A stretch of DNA of 64,000 nt from Chloroflexota bacterium (GCA_019637815.1 JAHBUZ010000001.1:151865-215864); one strand, 5' to 3'; counted from the first letter of the stretch, positions 8,997 through 23,615 are shown. The notes: a model not told the origin generated them from the letters alone. Translations and numbers: made by a program.

Positions 8997-9061
8997 CGGG
9001 CGGAGCCTAGCACCAGCCCTCCCCGGGTGCCGGGGACCGGGCGACCGGTGCGCCGGCGTCC

Positions 9062-9880
9062 TCAGCGGTCCGCGTGGAGCGTGGCGAGCACGGGGTCGTG
9101 CAGCACGCCGTTGCTGGCGAACGCATCGCCGGAGGTCCAGTCCCGACGACCCTGGAGATCGGTCATCCGGCCGCCTGCCTCCTCCACGATCACCCACGGC
9201 GCGGCCACGTCCCAGACATGCAGGTCGCGCTCCATCATCAGCTCCGCGGCACCTTCCGCCACGAGCAGATAGCCCCAGAAGTCGCCGAACGCGCGATCGC
9301 GCCAGACGCTCGTGAGGAGGGACTCGAAGCCGGTCGCGTAGGGCGAGCTGCGCATGTCGAGGATGGAGCGGTAGATGAGCTGGGCCTCCGCGATCGTGGA
9401 GCGATCCGACACGTGGACCCGGCGTGGCTCGGGTGCGCCGGGCTCGGTGACCCACGCCCCGCCACCCCGCCTGGCCCACCATCGACGACCCAGCGCCGGC
9501 GCGCTCACCACGCCCACCAGCAGCTCCCCGGCCCGCTCGGCGGCCAGGAGCGTCGCGAACACGGGCACCCCGCGCATGAAGTTGTGGGTGCCATCGATCG
9601 GATCGACGATCCAGCGGACATCCGCGGTGCTGGGCGCCTCGCCGTACTCCTCGCCCAGGACGCCGTGCGTCGGCAATCGTTGCCCCAGGAGCTCCCGGGT
9701 GTGTCGCTCGATGGCCTGGTCGGCCTCCGTCACGAACGAGCCGTCGTCCTTGGCATGGATCTCCAGCTGGCGATGGAGAGCGCCCATCGAGATGGCATCC
9801 GCGGCATCCGCGATGTCGAGCGCCACGCCGAGCCACGCGTCGAGCTCGGCGTCCGGGTGCTGGGTACCAGGGATGGTCAC
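9062..9880 (-). CDS. hisN: Inositol monophosphatase family protein, probably histidinol-phosphatase
   Basis: VTEADQAIE, GEE, WIVDPIDGTHNF, WDVAA. IMPase-family membership is firm; the substrate is inferred. Confidence 0.75.
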   Translation of the reverse strand: MTIPGTQHPDAELDAWLGVALDIADAADAISMGALHRQLEIHAKDDGSFVTEADQAIERHTRELLGQRLPTHGVLGEEYGEAPSTADVRWIVDPIDGTHNFMRGVPVFATLLAAERAGELLVGVVSAPALGRRWWARRGGGAWVTEPGAPEPRRVHVSDRSTIAEAQLIYRSILDMRSSPYATGFESLLTSVWRDRAFGDFWGYLLVAEGAAELMMERDLHVWDVAAPWVIVEEAGGRMTDLQGRRDWTSGDAFASNGVLHDPVLATLHADR

Positions 9881-9893
9881 GGCCGTCCGGGCG

Positions 9894-11010
9894 TCAGTCG
9901 TCCGTCGCGCCCTGGCTCAGGGTCGCGACGCGCTCCAGCTCCGCATACATGAACCGGTCGAGGTCGCCGTCCAGGACCCCGGAGGTGTCGCTCGTCTCCA
10001 CCTCGGTGCGGTGGTCCTTGACCATCTGGTAGGGGTGCAGCACGTAGCTCCGGATCTGGTTGCCCCAGCCCGCCTCCACGTGCTCGCCCCGGATGGCGGC
10101 GAGCTCCGCCTCCCGCTCGGCGATCTTGCGCTCCAGGAGGCGCGCCTTGAGCACCCGCATGGCGAGCTCCCGGTTCTGGTGCTGGGAGCGCTCGTTCTGG
10201 CTCTGGACCACGATGCCCGTGGGCAGGTGGGTCAGGCGCACCGCGGAATCGGTCTTGTTGACGTGCTGGCCACCGGCGCCCTGGGAGCGGTAGGTGTCGA
10301 CCCGCAGGTCGTCATCGGGGATGTCCTCGACCTCGATGTCGTCGTCCACCTCCGGCAGCACCTCGATGAGCGCGAAGGTGGTGTGGCGTCGCTTCTGGGC
10401 GTCGAAGGGGCTGATGCGCACGAGCCGATGGACGCCCCGCTCGGCACGCAGGAAGCCATACGCGCGGCGCCCGTCGATGTTGATGGTGGCGCTCTTGATG
10501 CCCGCGCCCTCACCCTCGAGCTGGTCCATGATCTCGGTCTTGAAGCGATGTCGCTCCGCCCACCGGAGATACATCCGGAGCAGCATCTGGGCCCAGTCGG
10601 TGGCCTCTGTGCCACCCGCCCCGGCGCTGATGGAGACGATGGCGTTCGACTCGTCGTAGTCGCCCGAGAACAGGAGCGCCAGCCGCTGCTGCTCGTAGTC
10701 GGCCGCGAGCTTCGTGTGCTCCGCGTCCACCTCGGCGGTCATCTCGTCGTCCGCCGCCTCCGCGGCCAGCTCGGCGATCTCCACGAGATCCCGGGCACGG
10801 GACTCCAGGCCCCGCCAGGTGGTGATGTCCTCGCGCAGCACCTCCGCCTCGCGCAGGACCTTCTGTGCCTCGCGCTGGTCGTCCCAGAAGCCGGGCTCGC
10901 TGGCGCGCGTATCGAGCGCCGTCAGGCGCTCCTCCTTGACGGCGAGGTCAAAGACGCCCCGAGGTCGCCGAGATCCGGGTCGCGAGATCGCGGATGGCGT
11001 TCTGGTCCAT
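9894..11010 (-). CDS. prfB: Peptide chain release factor 2, with programmed +1 frameshift (11010..10951 joined to 10949..9894; 371 aa)
   Basis: ATG 11010 gives MDQNAIRDLATRISATSGRL, then CTT-TGA-C, then DLAVKEE in the +1 frame. SPF and GGQ motifs are present. Confidence 0.95.
10947..10960 (-). other. RF2 +1 frameshift site GGGG-CGT-CTT-TGA-C
   Basis: Canonical CTTTGAC preceded by an SD-like GGGG. Confidence 0.92.
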
Positions 11011-11255
11011 CAGCTGCGGGCTCGCATCTCCTGGAGCAGCTGGGGACGGAGCTCCAGGATCCGGAGCGCGGTCTTGCTGCGGGCGACGACGGGGTTCACA
11101 CAGGGGCAGTAGGCGTTGTGCGGGCACGGACCGCAGTCGCCGTCACAGTCCAGCCATGCGGCATAGCTGCACGTGCGGCAATCGCGCTCGCACGCGATCA
11201 GATCGGTGAACGCCTGGTCACCGAACTCCGGATCCGCCGTCGGAAACGGCTTCAC
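11010..11255 (-). CDS. 81-aa cysteine-rich hypothetical protein (two CX3CX2C motifs + CXC)
   Basis: GTG 11255 behind purine-rich GAGAGAGAGGG. The stop overlaps the prfB start (TGATG). Upstream TATACT -10 at 11357..11352. Confidence 0.7.
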   Translation of the reverse strand: MKPFPTADPEFGDQAFTDLIACERDCRTCSYAAWLDCDGDCGPCPHNAYCPCVNPVVARSKTALRILELRPQLLQEMRARS

Positions 11256-11518
11256 GGTTCCCTCTCTCTCCCTCTCGCGGGTCAGTGCGGCTGGGCTTGG
11301 ACCCGCCCTGACCCGTCGTGCGTCGGGCGACCACGCCCGCTGCACCCCCGAAGTATACGAACTTGGCCGACTTGCTCACAAGAGGGCCCTCTCGGCCGGT
11401 TCCCGAGGGTCCCGACCGGGCCGTCGACGCGGTCATGCGGGCATGCGCACCCCGTCCGACGGGTGTCCCGGCGTGGTCGTCGGGCAGGCTCACGGGGTCG
11501 GCCTATACTTCGCTCCCC

Positions 11519-14500
11519 ATGCGCAGCATCCTGGCCCGCCTCATGGGCGGCGGTAACGAAGCCCATCTCTCCAAGCTGCGCCAGATCGTGGCGCAGATCA
11601 ACGAGCTCGAAGCCCACTATCAGGCGCTCACCGACGACCAGATCCGTGAGGAGATGGCCGCTGTGCGTGCCGAGGTGGCCGAGCGTGCCGCCCCGACGCC
11701 GCCCTCCGAGGAGGAGCGCACCCATCCCGAGCGGGAGCGGCGTGCGGACATGCGTCGCGCCCGGGAGAAGCAGGACCTGAAGCGGCTCCAGGACGTCCTG
11801 GACGAGGTGCTGCCGGACGTCTTCGCCGCGGTGCGTGAGATCTCCAGCAGGAAGCTGGCCATGCGCCCGTATGACGTGCAGCTGATGGGTGCCATCGTGC
11901 TCCACCAGGGCCGCATCTCCGAGCAGAAGACGGGCGAGGGCAAGACGCTCGTAGGGCCCATCGCGGCCGCGCTCAACGCGATGTCCGGCCGGGGCGTCCA
12001 CGTGGTCACGGTGAACGACTACCTGGCCAAGCGCGATCCGCAGTGGATGGGACCCATCTTCCATGGGCTCGGCCTGTCGCTGGGCATCATCCAGCACGAC
12101 AGCGCGTTCCTGTTCGACCCGGAGTACCGCCCCTCGGACGAGCGGATGCTGTATCTCCGCCCGGTGCCCCGCAAGGAGGCCTACGCGGCCGACGTCACGT
12201 ACGCCACCAACAACGAGCTGGGCTTCGACTATCTCCGCGACAACATGGTCACGGAGCTCGCCGAGCGGGTCCAGCGAGGGCGCTACTTCGCGATCGTGGA
12301 CGAGGTGGACAACATCCTCATCGACGAGGCGCGCACGCCGCTCATCATCAGCGGCCAGGCGGAGGAGTCGGGGGACCTGTACTACCGGTTCGCACGCCTC
12401 GTGCCGCGGCTGAAGGCACGTCCGGAAGGGGCCGAGGAGGGCGGCGACTACTTCGTCGACCTCAAGGAGCACGCCGTCTCGCCCACCGAGCAGGGCATCG
12501 AGAAGATCGAGCAGCTGCTGGGGGTCGGTGACCTCTTCGACGCCACCGCGGACCCCCGACTCGCGCGCCACTTCGAGCAGGCGCTCCGGGCGCACGCGCT
12601 CTACAAGGTCAACCGGGACTACATCGTCAAGGACGGCGAGATCGTCATCGTGGACGAGTTCACGGGCCGCCAGATGCCCGGCCGGCGATGGTCGGAGGGT
12701 CTCCACCAGGCCATCGAGGCGAAGGAGGGCCTGCGCGTCCAGCGGGAATCGGTGACCCTCGCCACGATCACCTTCCAGAACTACTTCCGGCTCTACGACA
12801 AGCTGGCGGGCATGACGGGCACCGCGATGACCGAGCAGGAGGAGTTCTTCAAGATCTACGGGCTCGAGGTGGTCGCCATCCCGACCCACCGGCCGATGGT
12901 CCGCGAGGACGATGCCGACCTCGTGTTCCGGACCGAGAACGCCAAGTTCGAGGCACTCATCGAGGAGGTCGCCGAGATGCAGGCGGCCGGCAGGCCCATC
13001 CTCGTGGGCACCGTGAGCGTCGAGAAGTCGGAGCTGCTCTCGGACATGCTCACGCGCCGGGGCGTCAAGCACGAGGTCCTGAACGCCAAGTTCCACGAGA
13101 AGGAAGCGCCCATCGTGGCCCAGGCGGGTCGTCTGGGTGCCGTGACCATCGCCACCAACATGGCGGGCCGCGGCACGGACATCAAGCTCGGTGGTGACGC
13201 CGCTGGTCTGGCATCCGAGGCGCTCCATCGTCAGGGTCTCAACCCGACCGAGGTGGAGCCGGCGGTCTACGAGGCGACGCTCGCCCAGGCACGCGCCCAG
13301 GTCGACGCGGAGCACGAGCAGGTGGTCGCGGCGGGTGGCCTCCACATCATCGGCACCGAGCGGCACGACGCCCGACGCATCGACAACCAGCTGCGGGGAC
13401 GCTCCGGTCGCCAGGGTGACCCGGGATCGTCGCGCTTCTACCTGTCCCTCGAGGACACGCTCATGAAGCGCTTCGCGTCCGATCGCGTGACCGCGCTCAT
13501 GGAGCGGCTGGGGCTGGAAGGGGACGTGGCCATCGAGTCACGACTCGTGTCCAAGACCATCGAGAACGCCCAGTCACGCGTCGAGGGCTACAACTTCGAC
13601 ATCCGCAAGCGCGTCGTGGAGTACGACGACGTCATCAACAAGCAGCGCGAGACGATCTACGCGGAGCGCGACAAGGTGCTCCACAACGAGGATCTCGGCG
13701 AGTCCGTCATGGGCTTCATGGAAGGCGAGCTGGACATGCTCGCCGAGCAGTACCTCGGGCCGGTCATGGACGACTGGGACGTCGAGGCGTTCGCCAAGGC
13801 CGTGGCCAGCCTCGGTATCACGGGCGAGGGCATCGATACCGAGTCGCTCGATGAGCTGGAGAGCCGGGACGAGATCGTGGACCGGGTCACGGCGGCTGCG
13901 GAGGCGAACCTCGCCGAGCGACAGACACGCTATGGCGAGCAGACCTGGGCGATGGTCGAGCGACTGGTCCTGCTGCGCTCCATCGACCAGCTGTGGGTGG
14001 ACCACCTGACCGAGCTCGATGACTTCCGCCGGGGCGTGGGTCTCCGTGGCTATGGCGGCACGGATCCGCTCGTGGAGTTCAAGCGCGAGGCGTACAAGCT
14101 GTACGAGGAGCTGCGCGGCTTCATCCGCCACCAGGTGTCCAGCACCATCCTGCGCGTGAACGTCCAGGTCCAGGCGCCCGCGCCGGCCACGCCGCCACCC
14201 GCGCGGACCCTGCCGATGCCCACGCCGCAGCAGATGGCCGTGCTTCGGGCGGCGGCTGCCCAGCGGGCGCTCGCGGCACAACGGGCCGCGGCCTTGGCGG
14301 CGGCGGCGAACGGCAGTCAGCCGGCTGCCGATGGCGCGGACGGGGCGGACGGGGTCGGACCGGCCGAGCCGGTCGATGACGAGGGGCTGGAGCTGACCGC
14401 CGAGGACCTCGCGAGCGTCGATGAGATCGCGGATGACGACGTGCTGCCGGACGGTGCGGCGGAGGACTTCGAGGCCGCGGAGGCGGTCACCGCCGAGGCG

Positions 14501-14689
14501 CAGGCGGCCGTGCTCGCCGGGCTCGGCGGGGGTCGACCACGCCAGATGACGCTCCAGCACGGGGACGATGCCGTCGAGTCCACTGGGGCCGCCAGGCCGG
14601 CGGCCGTGGACACCGGCGCCAAGATCGGCCGGAACGATCCCTGCTACTGCGGGTCGGGGCTGAAGTTCAAGAAGTGCCACGGCAAGTAG
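11519..14689 (+). CDS. secA: Preprotein translocase ATPase SecA with C-terminal SEC-C motif
   Basis: QKTGEGKT, DEVDNILIDEARTPLIISG, IATNMAGRGTDI, QLRGRSGRQGDPG, GRNDPCYCGSGLKFKKCHG. ATG 11519 lies 9 nt after TATACT. Confidence 0.98.
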   Translation: MRSILARLMGGGNEAHLSKLRQIVAQINELEAHYQALTDDQIREEMAAVRAEVAERAAPTPPSEEERTHPERERRADMRRAREKQDLKRLQDVLDEVLPDVFAAVREISSRKLAMRPYDVQLMGAIVLHQGRISEQKTGEGKTLVGPIAAALNAMSGRGVHVVTVNDYLAKRDPQWMGPIFHGLGLSLGIIQHDSAFLFDPEYRPSDERMLYLRPVPRKEAYAADVTYATNNELGFDYLRDNMVTELAERVQRGRYFAIVDEVDNILIDEARTPLIISGQAEESGDLYYRFARLVPRLKARPEGAEEGGDYFVDLKEHAVSPTEQGIEKIEQLLGVGDLFDATADPRLARHFEQALRAHALYKVNRDYIVKDGEIVIVDEFTGRQMPGRRWSEGLHQAIEAKEGLRVQRESVTLATITFQNYFRLYDKLAGMTGTAMTEQEEFFKIYGLEVVAIPTHRPMVREDDADLVFRTENAKFEALIEEVAEMQAAGRPILVGTVSVEKSELLSDMLTRRGVKHEVLNAKFHEKEAPIVAQAGRLGAVTIATNMAGRGTDIKLGGDAAGLASEALHRQGLNPTEVEPAVYEATLAQARAQVDAEHEQVVAAGGLHIIGTERHDARRIDNQLRGRSGRQGDPGSSRFYLSLEDTLMKRFASDRVTALMERLGLEGDVAIESRLVSKTIENAQSRVEGYNFDIRKRVVEYDDVINKQRETIYAERDKVLHNEDLGESVMGFMEGELDMLAEQYLGPVMDDWDVEAFAKAVASLGITGEGIDTESLDELESRDEIVDRVTAAAEANLAERQTRYGEQTWAMVERLVLLRSIDQLWVDHLTELDDFRRGVGLRGYGGTDPLVEFKREAYKLYEELRGFIRHQVSSTILRVNVQVQAPAPATPPPARTLPMPTPQQMAVLRAAAAQRALAAQRAAALAAAANGSQPAADGADGADGVGPAEPVDDEGLELTAEDLASVDEIADDDVLPDGAAEDFEAAEAVTAEAQAAVLAGLGGGRPRQMTLQHGDDAVESTGAARPAAVDTGAKIGRNDPCYCGSGLKFKKCHGK

Positions 14690-14699
14690 ACGCGTAGAC

Positions 14700-14818
14700 G
14701 CCGGGCGCTGGGACGGCCCAGGGCGGCGTTGTCGGCTGCGCGCCGTCGCTCACGCACATGAGTGCGCTCACTCCGGTGCTCGCCTCCGCCTTGCCCTGGA
14801 CGCGTCCGAGCGCCCGGC
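14700..14818. repeat. ~120-nt palindromic element (REP/MITE-like or bidirectional terminator) between convergent genes
   Basis: Nested inverted repeats: GCCGGGCGCTGGGACG (14700-14715) / CGTCCGAGCGCCCGGC (14803-14818), CCAGGGC / GCCCTGG, GCAC / GTGC. Confidence 0.55.
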
Positions 14819-14868
14819 CGACGTCGCGCTCGGCTCGGATGCTCGCGGTCGCTCGGCCGCGGGCCTGC

Positions 14869-15099
14869 TCAGCCCCAGAGGCCGATGCCGTACCCAACCA
14901 CGATGGCGCCGAACGTCATGACGGCGAGGATGACGATGCCCAGCACCGCCAATCGCTTGTCCGGCAGCTCGACCTCGGGGTTCGAGAGCTGCGCAGCGTC
15001 CCAGCGTCGGGAGCGCAGCTGGCGCCGATAGTCATCCTGGGTGACCGGGGAGGGCGTGAGACCGCCCTCGCCATCCGGGCGGTGCAGCTGCATGGTCAT
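14869..15099 (-). CDS. 76-aa single-TM hypothetical membrane protein
   Basis: ATGA overlap with the prs stop; C-terminal hydrophobic helix LAVLGIVILAVMTFGAIVVGYGIGLWG. Confidence 0.7.
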   Translation of the reverse strand: MTMQLHRPDGEGGLTPSPVTQDDYRRQLRSRRWDAAQLSNPEVELPDKRLAVLGIVILAVMTFGAIVVGYGIGLWG

Positions 15100-16205
15100 G
15101 GTCGGGCTCCGGATCCGTCTGTGATGCTCGCCGATGGTACATCGTCGGAGGTGTCGCTCTCGCCCTCGCTCCAGAGGACCATCTCCTGCACCAGCTGGAT
15201 CTCGGACGAGAACAGGGCGCCCACCGACTCACCGCCGTGGATGCGTCGGATGGCCTCCCCGATGAGCGGTGCCACGGACAGCTGGACGATCTGTGGCAAT
15301 CGTTTGTCGACCGGCAGCGGGATGGTGTCCGTGATGACCACCTCGGTGAGGTTCGACGCCGCGATCCGCTCCACGGCGGGGCCTGACAGCACACCGTGGG
15401 TGGCGCACGCGTAGATCTCGTGGACCCCCTCGCGCTCGAGCGCCCGGGTGACCTGCATCAGGGTGCCTGCCGTGTCGACCTCGTCGTCCACCACGATCGC
15501 CCGCTTGCCCCGCACGTCACCGATGACGTTCAGGACCTCGGCACGGTCGTCGTTGTCCATGCGTCGCTTCTCGACGATGGCGAGCGGCGCGTTCACGAGC
15601 TCCGCGAACGTCCGTGCGCGCTTGGCGAAGCCGAGGTCCGTGACCACGACCAGGTTGTCCAGACCCTTGCGGATGAAGTGGTTGCTCAGCAGGTGGACCG
15701 CCGTGAGCTCATCCACGGGGATGTTGAAGAAGCCCTGGATCTGGCCCTGGTGGAGGTCCATGGTGAGCAGGCGGTCCGCCCCTGCCACGCTGATCATGTC
15801 CGCGATGAGGCGCGCCGTGATGGGCACACGCGGCTGGTCCTTCTTGTCCGAGCGCCCGTAGGCGTAGTACGGCACCACGGCGGTGATGCGACCGGCGCTC
15901 GCTCGCTTGAACGCGTCGATCATGATGAGCAGCTCCATGATCGAGGTCTGGACCGGCGAGCAGGTGGGCTGGACGAGGTAGACGTCGCGCTCGCGCACGT
16001 TGTCCAGGATCTTGACGAAGATGTTCTCGTTCGCGAACTCGAACACCTCGCACCGACCCAGGCGCACCCCCAGGTAGAGCCCGATCTTGGCAGCCAGGTC
16101 AGGGTTCGAGTTGCCGCTGTACAGGTCGACCGACTCCGCGGCCCGACCTGCCGCATCCGATCCGAACATCGTCACGCGGCCCGTCTCCAGCGTGTGCACG
16201 GTCAC
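15096..16205 (-). CDS. prs: Ribose-phosphate pyrophosphokinase
   Basis: [41 protein letters not shown]. Confidence 0.96.
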   Translation of the reverse strand: MTVHTLETGRVTMFGSDAAGRAAESVDLYSGNSNPDLAAKIGLYLGVRLGRCEVFEFANENIFVKILDNVRERDVYLVQPTCSPVQTSIMELLIMIDAFKRASAGRITAVVPYYAYGRSDKKDQPRVPITARLIADMISVAGADRLLTMDLHQGQIQGFFNIPVDELTAVHLLSNHFIRKGLDNLVVVTDLGFAKRARTFAELVNAPLAIVEKRRMDNDDRAEVLNVIGDVRGKRAIVVDDEVDTAGTLMQVTRALEREGVHEIYACATHGVLSGPAVERIAASNLTEVVITDTIPLPVDKRLPQIVQLSVAPLIGEAIRRIHGGESVGALFSSEIQLVQEMVLWSEGESDTSDDVPSASITDGSGARP

Positions 16206-18771
16206 CCAGGCGTTCCCTGACCGTCCGGTCCCGTATCACCCGACCCGGGATCGTCATTCTGGTCGATGCCACGCTGCTCCGCCAGCCCTGCGCGGAACAC
16301 CGCGATGCCGGCCACCTCGTCACCCTCGTTGAGACGCATGACGATGACGCCACGGGCGGCGCTCCCCTGTCGGCTGACCGTCTTGACGTCCGTGCGCACG
16401 ACCTGGCCGCTGCTGCTGATGAGCAGCAGCTCCTCGTCCGTCTCCTCGACGATGCGGACCGCGGCGACGTCACCGGTCTTGGCACCCTCGAGACGGATCA
16501 GCCGCACGCCCTGACCCGCACGTCCCTTCTTGGTCATGAACTCGGACAGCGGGACCCGCTTGCCATAGCCGGTCTCGGTGAGCACCAGGATGTCCGCCTC
16601 GGACGACGGGATGACCTCCATGCCCACCACCTGGTCGCCGGCCTTGGCGAGCCGGATGCCGATGACGCCCGCGGCGTCGCGACCCATCGCACGCACGTTG
16701 TTCTCGTTGAAACGGGCGATGTTGCCGAGCCGCGTCGCAAGGACCACGTCATCGCTGCCGGAGGACACGGCCACCCACGCGAGCGCGTCGTCCTCGGCCA
16801 CGGTGATGGCCCGGATGCCCGTGGACCGGACCCGCTCGAACTGCTCGATGGGGGTCTTCTTGATGATGCCCTTGCGGGTGGCCATCACGAGGTTGTGACC
16901 CTTCTCGAAGTTCGGCAGGGTGATGACCGCGAGCACGCGCTCGCCCGACTCCACCTGGACGCCTTCGAGGTTGATGATGGGCACGCCCTTCGCCTGGCGG
17001 CTGGCGTCGGGCACGGCGTGCACCTTGGAGCTGAACACGCGACCGCGGTTCGTGAAGAACAGCGCCCAGTCGTGCGTGTTGGCGACGAGGAGATGCGCGA
17101 CCGCGTCCTCCTCCACGGTCCGGGCGCCGATGATGCCCTTGCCCCCACGCGCCTGACGGCGATACGTCAGCAGCGGCTGACGCTTGATGTAGCCGCGACC
17201 GGAGATGGTGATGACGACGTCCTCGTCCGCGATGAGGTCCTCGTCCGAGAGCTCACGGCTGGCGTCGTCCTGGATGCGGGTGCGGCGTTGACCGGCGTAC
17301 TTGCGCTCCAGCTCCAGGTTCTCGGTCTTGATGATCTCCAGTACCCGGCGCGGGTTGGCGAGGATGTCCTCCAGCTCGCTGATGAGCTGGATGATCGCGA
17401 TGTACTCGTCCTCGATCTTCTTGCGCTCGAGCGCGGCGAGCCGCCGCAGCTGCATCTCGAGGATGGCGTTCGCCTGCACCTCCGAGAGGGAGAAGCGCGA
17501 CATGAGGTTGACGCGCGCCATCTCGACATCCGCGGCCTCGCGGATGGTCCGGATCACCTCGTCGAGGTTGTCCAGCGCGATCTTGAGGCCTTCGAGGATG
17601 TGGGCCCGGTCACGTGCCTTCTGGAGGTCGTACTCGGTGCGCTTGACGATGACCTCGCGGCGCCACTCGATGTGGTGCTGGATGATCGACCGCAGCGCGA
17701 GCGTCTGGGGCTGCCCATCCACGAGCGCGACCATGTTGGCATTGAAGGCCATCTGGAGCGCCGTGTGCTTGAACAGGTTGTTGAGCACCTTGTGCGGGTT
17801 CGAGTCGCGCTTGCACTCGATGACGACGCGCATGCCGTCACGGTCCGACTCGTCCCGCAGGTCGGCGATGCCATCCAGCTTGCCGCCCTTCACGAGGTCG
17901 GCGATCTTCTCCAGCAGGGACGCCTTGTTGACCTGGTAGGGCAGCTCCGTGGCGACGATGGCGGTGCGACCCTGGCGGGTCTCCTCGAAGGCGCACTGGG
18001 CACGCATCACGACCCGGCCGCGACCGTGGACGTACATGTCCCGGATGGCGTCCACCCGCTCGCGCTGGCCCGTGATGGGGTTGCGTCGCTCCTCGTACCG
18101 GAAGATCGTGCCGCCGGTCGGGAAGTCCGGCCCCAGGATGTGGCCCGCGAGATCGGTGGAGCTGAGATCCGGGTCATCGATGAGCGCGTTGGTGGCCGCG
18201 ATGACCTCGCCCAGGTGATGGGGCGGGATGTTCGTGGCCATGCCCACTGCGATGCCCGCGGACCCGTTGATGAGCAGGTTGGGCAGCTTCGCGGGCAGCA
18301 CGGACGGCTGCATCCGGGTGCCGTCGTAGTTCTCGACGAAGGTGACGGTGTCCTTCTCGATGTCCGCCAGGAGCTCCGCCGTGATGGCGGTCATGCGCGC
18401 TTCCGTGTAGCGCATCGCGGCCGGTGGGTCACCGTCGACCGAGCCGAAGTTGCCCTGGCCGTCCACGAGCGGGTAGCGCAGCGAGAAATCCTGGGCCAGC
18501 CGCACGAGGGCGTCATACAGCGACAGGTCACCGTGGGGGTGGTACTTGCCCATCACCTCGCCCACGATCGCGGCGCACTTGCGGAACGCCGCGCCGGAGC
18601 CGAGACCCATCTCGTGCATCGTGTACAGGATCCGCCGGTGGACCGGCTTCAGGCCGTCCCGGACATCGGGCAGCGCCCGGCTCACGATGACGCTCATCGC
18701 GTAGTCCAGGTAGGCGCTGCGCAGTTCGTCCTCGATGGGGACCGGACGGATGCGCTCGTCCATCGCGTCGG

Positions 18772-18775
<4 letters not shown>
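16202..18775 (-). CDS. gyrA: DNA gyrase subunit A
   Basis: [29 protein letters not shown], GyrA-box QARGGKG, C-terminal propeller repeats. Confidence 0.97.
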
Positions 18776-22589
<3,814 letters not shown>

Positions 22590-22593
<4 letters not shown>

Positions 22594-23417
22594 GAGCGGG
22601 TCACCCAGGCCGGTTCCGGCGCCGGTGGGACGAGGTCGCGGACGATGGGCGTGACGCCGTCACGTGCCAGCAGCTCGTCAGCGAGCTCCGCGTAGGCAGT
22701 GGCACCCCGGGAGGTCGGTGCGTGCTCCGAGACCGGTCGGCCGTGGGACGGCGCTTCCGCGAGCCGGACGCTGCGCGGGATGACCGTGCGGAAGACGCGA
22801 TCGGGGAGATGCTCCCGTACCTCGGCGCTGACGTCCGCGGACAGGGTCGTTCGTGCATCGAACATGGTGAGCAGGACGCCCTTGATGGTGAGCGGCGGGT
22901 TGAGGTGCGCCTTCACGAGGTCGATCGTGCCCAGGAGTTGGCCCAGCCCCTCGAGCGCGTAGTACTCGCACTGGATGGGCACCAGCACGCTGTCGGCAGC
23001 GGTGAGGGCGTTCACGGTGAGTAGCCCGAGCGAGGGCGGACAGTCGAGCAGGATGGTGTCGAACTCGTCGCGCACATCCGCGAGGCCGCGTGCGAGACGT
23101 CGTTCGCGGTTGAACAATGGGACCAGCTCGACCTCCGCACCGGCAAGGTCACGGGATGACGGGATGATGGACAGGCCCTCGATGGCGGTGGGCTGGATGA
23201 GGGCACGTGCCTCGGCACCCTCCACCAACACCTGATGGACGGAACGCTCCGCGGGGACGGAAGACAGACCCACGCCACTGGTGGCGTTCCCCTGCGGGTC
23301 CAGGTCCACGATGAGGATCCGACGACCGGCACGCGCCAGGTAGCTGGCGAGGTTGACCACGGTGGTGGTCTTGCCGACGCCGCCCTTCTGGTTGGCGCAG
23401 GCGATCACCTCACCCAC
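22590..23417 (-). CDS. parA: Chromosome partitioning ATPase ParA/Soj
   Basis: NQKGGVGKTT, DLDPQGNAT, DCPPSLG, EAPSHG. GTG 23417 behind GGGAGG; TAGAAT -10 at 23457..23452. Confidence 0.96.
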
Positions 23418-23516
23418 GCGTCCTCCCGGCGGTGCATCTCCACGACCGCTGATTCTAGCGCGATCTGGACCATCCCGCCCCTCCGAACCGTGATACGGAT
23501 GGAGCGGACGTCTGGA

Positions 23517-23532
23517 GGTGCCACGTGGGACA
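23517..23532. promoter_or_regulatory. parS-like site 1 (degenerate)
   Basis: GGTGCCACGTGGGACA has 3 mismatches to TGTTCCACGTGGAACA and is followed by the half-site GTGAAACA (23538-23545). Confidence 0.55.
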
Positions 23533-23599
23533 TGATGGTGAAACAGGTCGGGGCCTGTCTGCAGCCGTTCGGGCGCGGCACACCGGGTCCGGACAGGGA

Positions 23600-23615
23600 T
23601 GTTCCACGTGGTACC
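23600..23615. promoter_or_regulatory. parS-like site 2
   Basis: TGTTCCACGTGGTACC has 2 mismatches to TGTTCCACGTGGAACA and is followed by the half-site GTGAAACA (23621-23628). It lies directly upstream of parAB. Confidence 0.75.

Noticed and set aside
9894-11010. prfB as a pseudogene (internal TGA)
   Set aside because: The TGA is in the canonical CTT-TGA-C programmed frameshift context.
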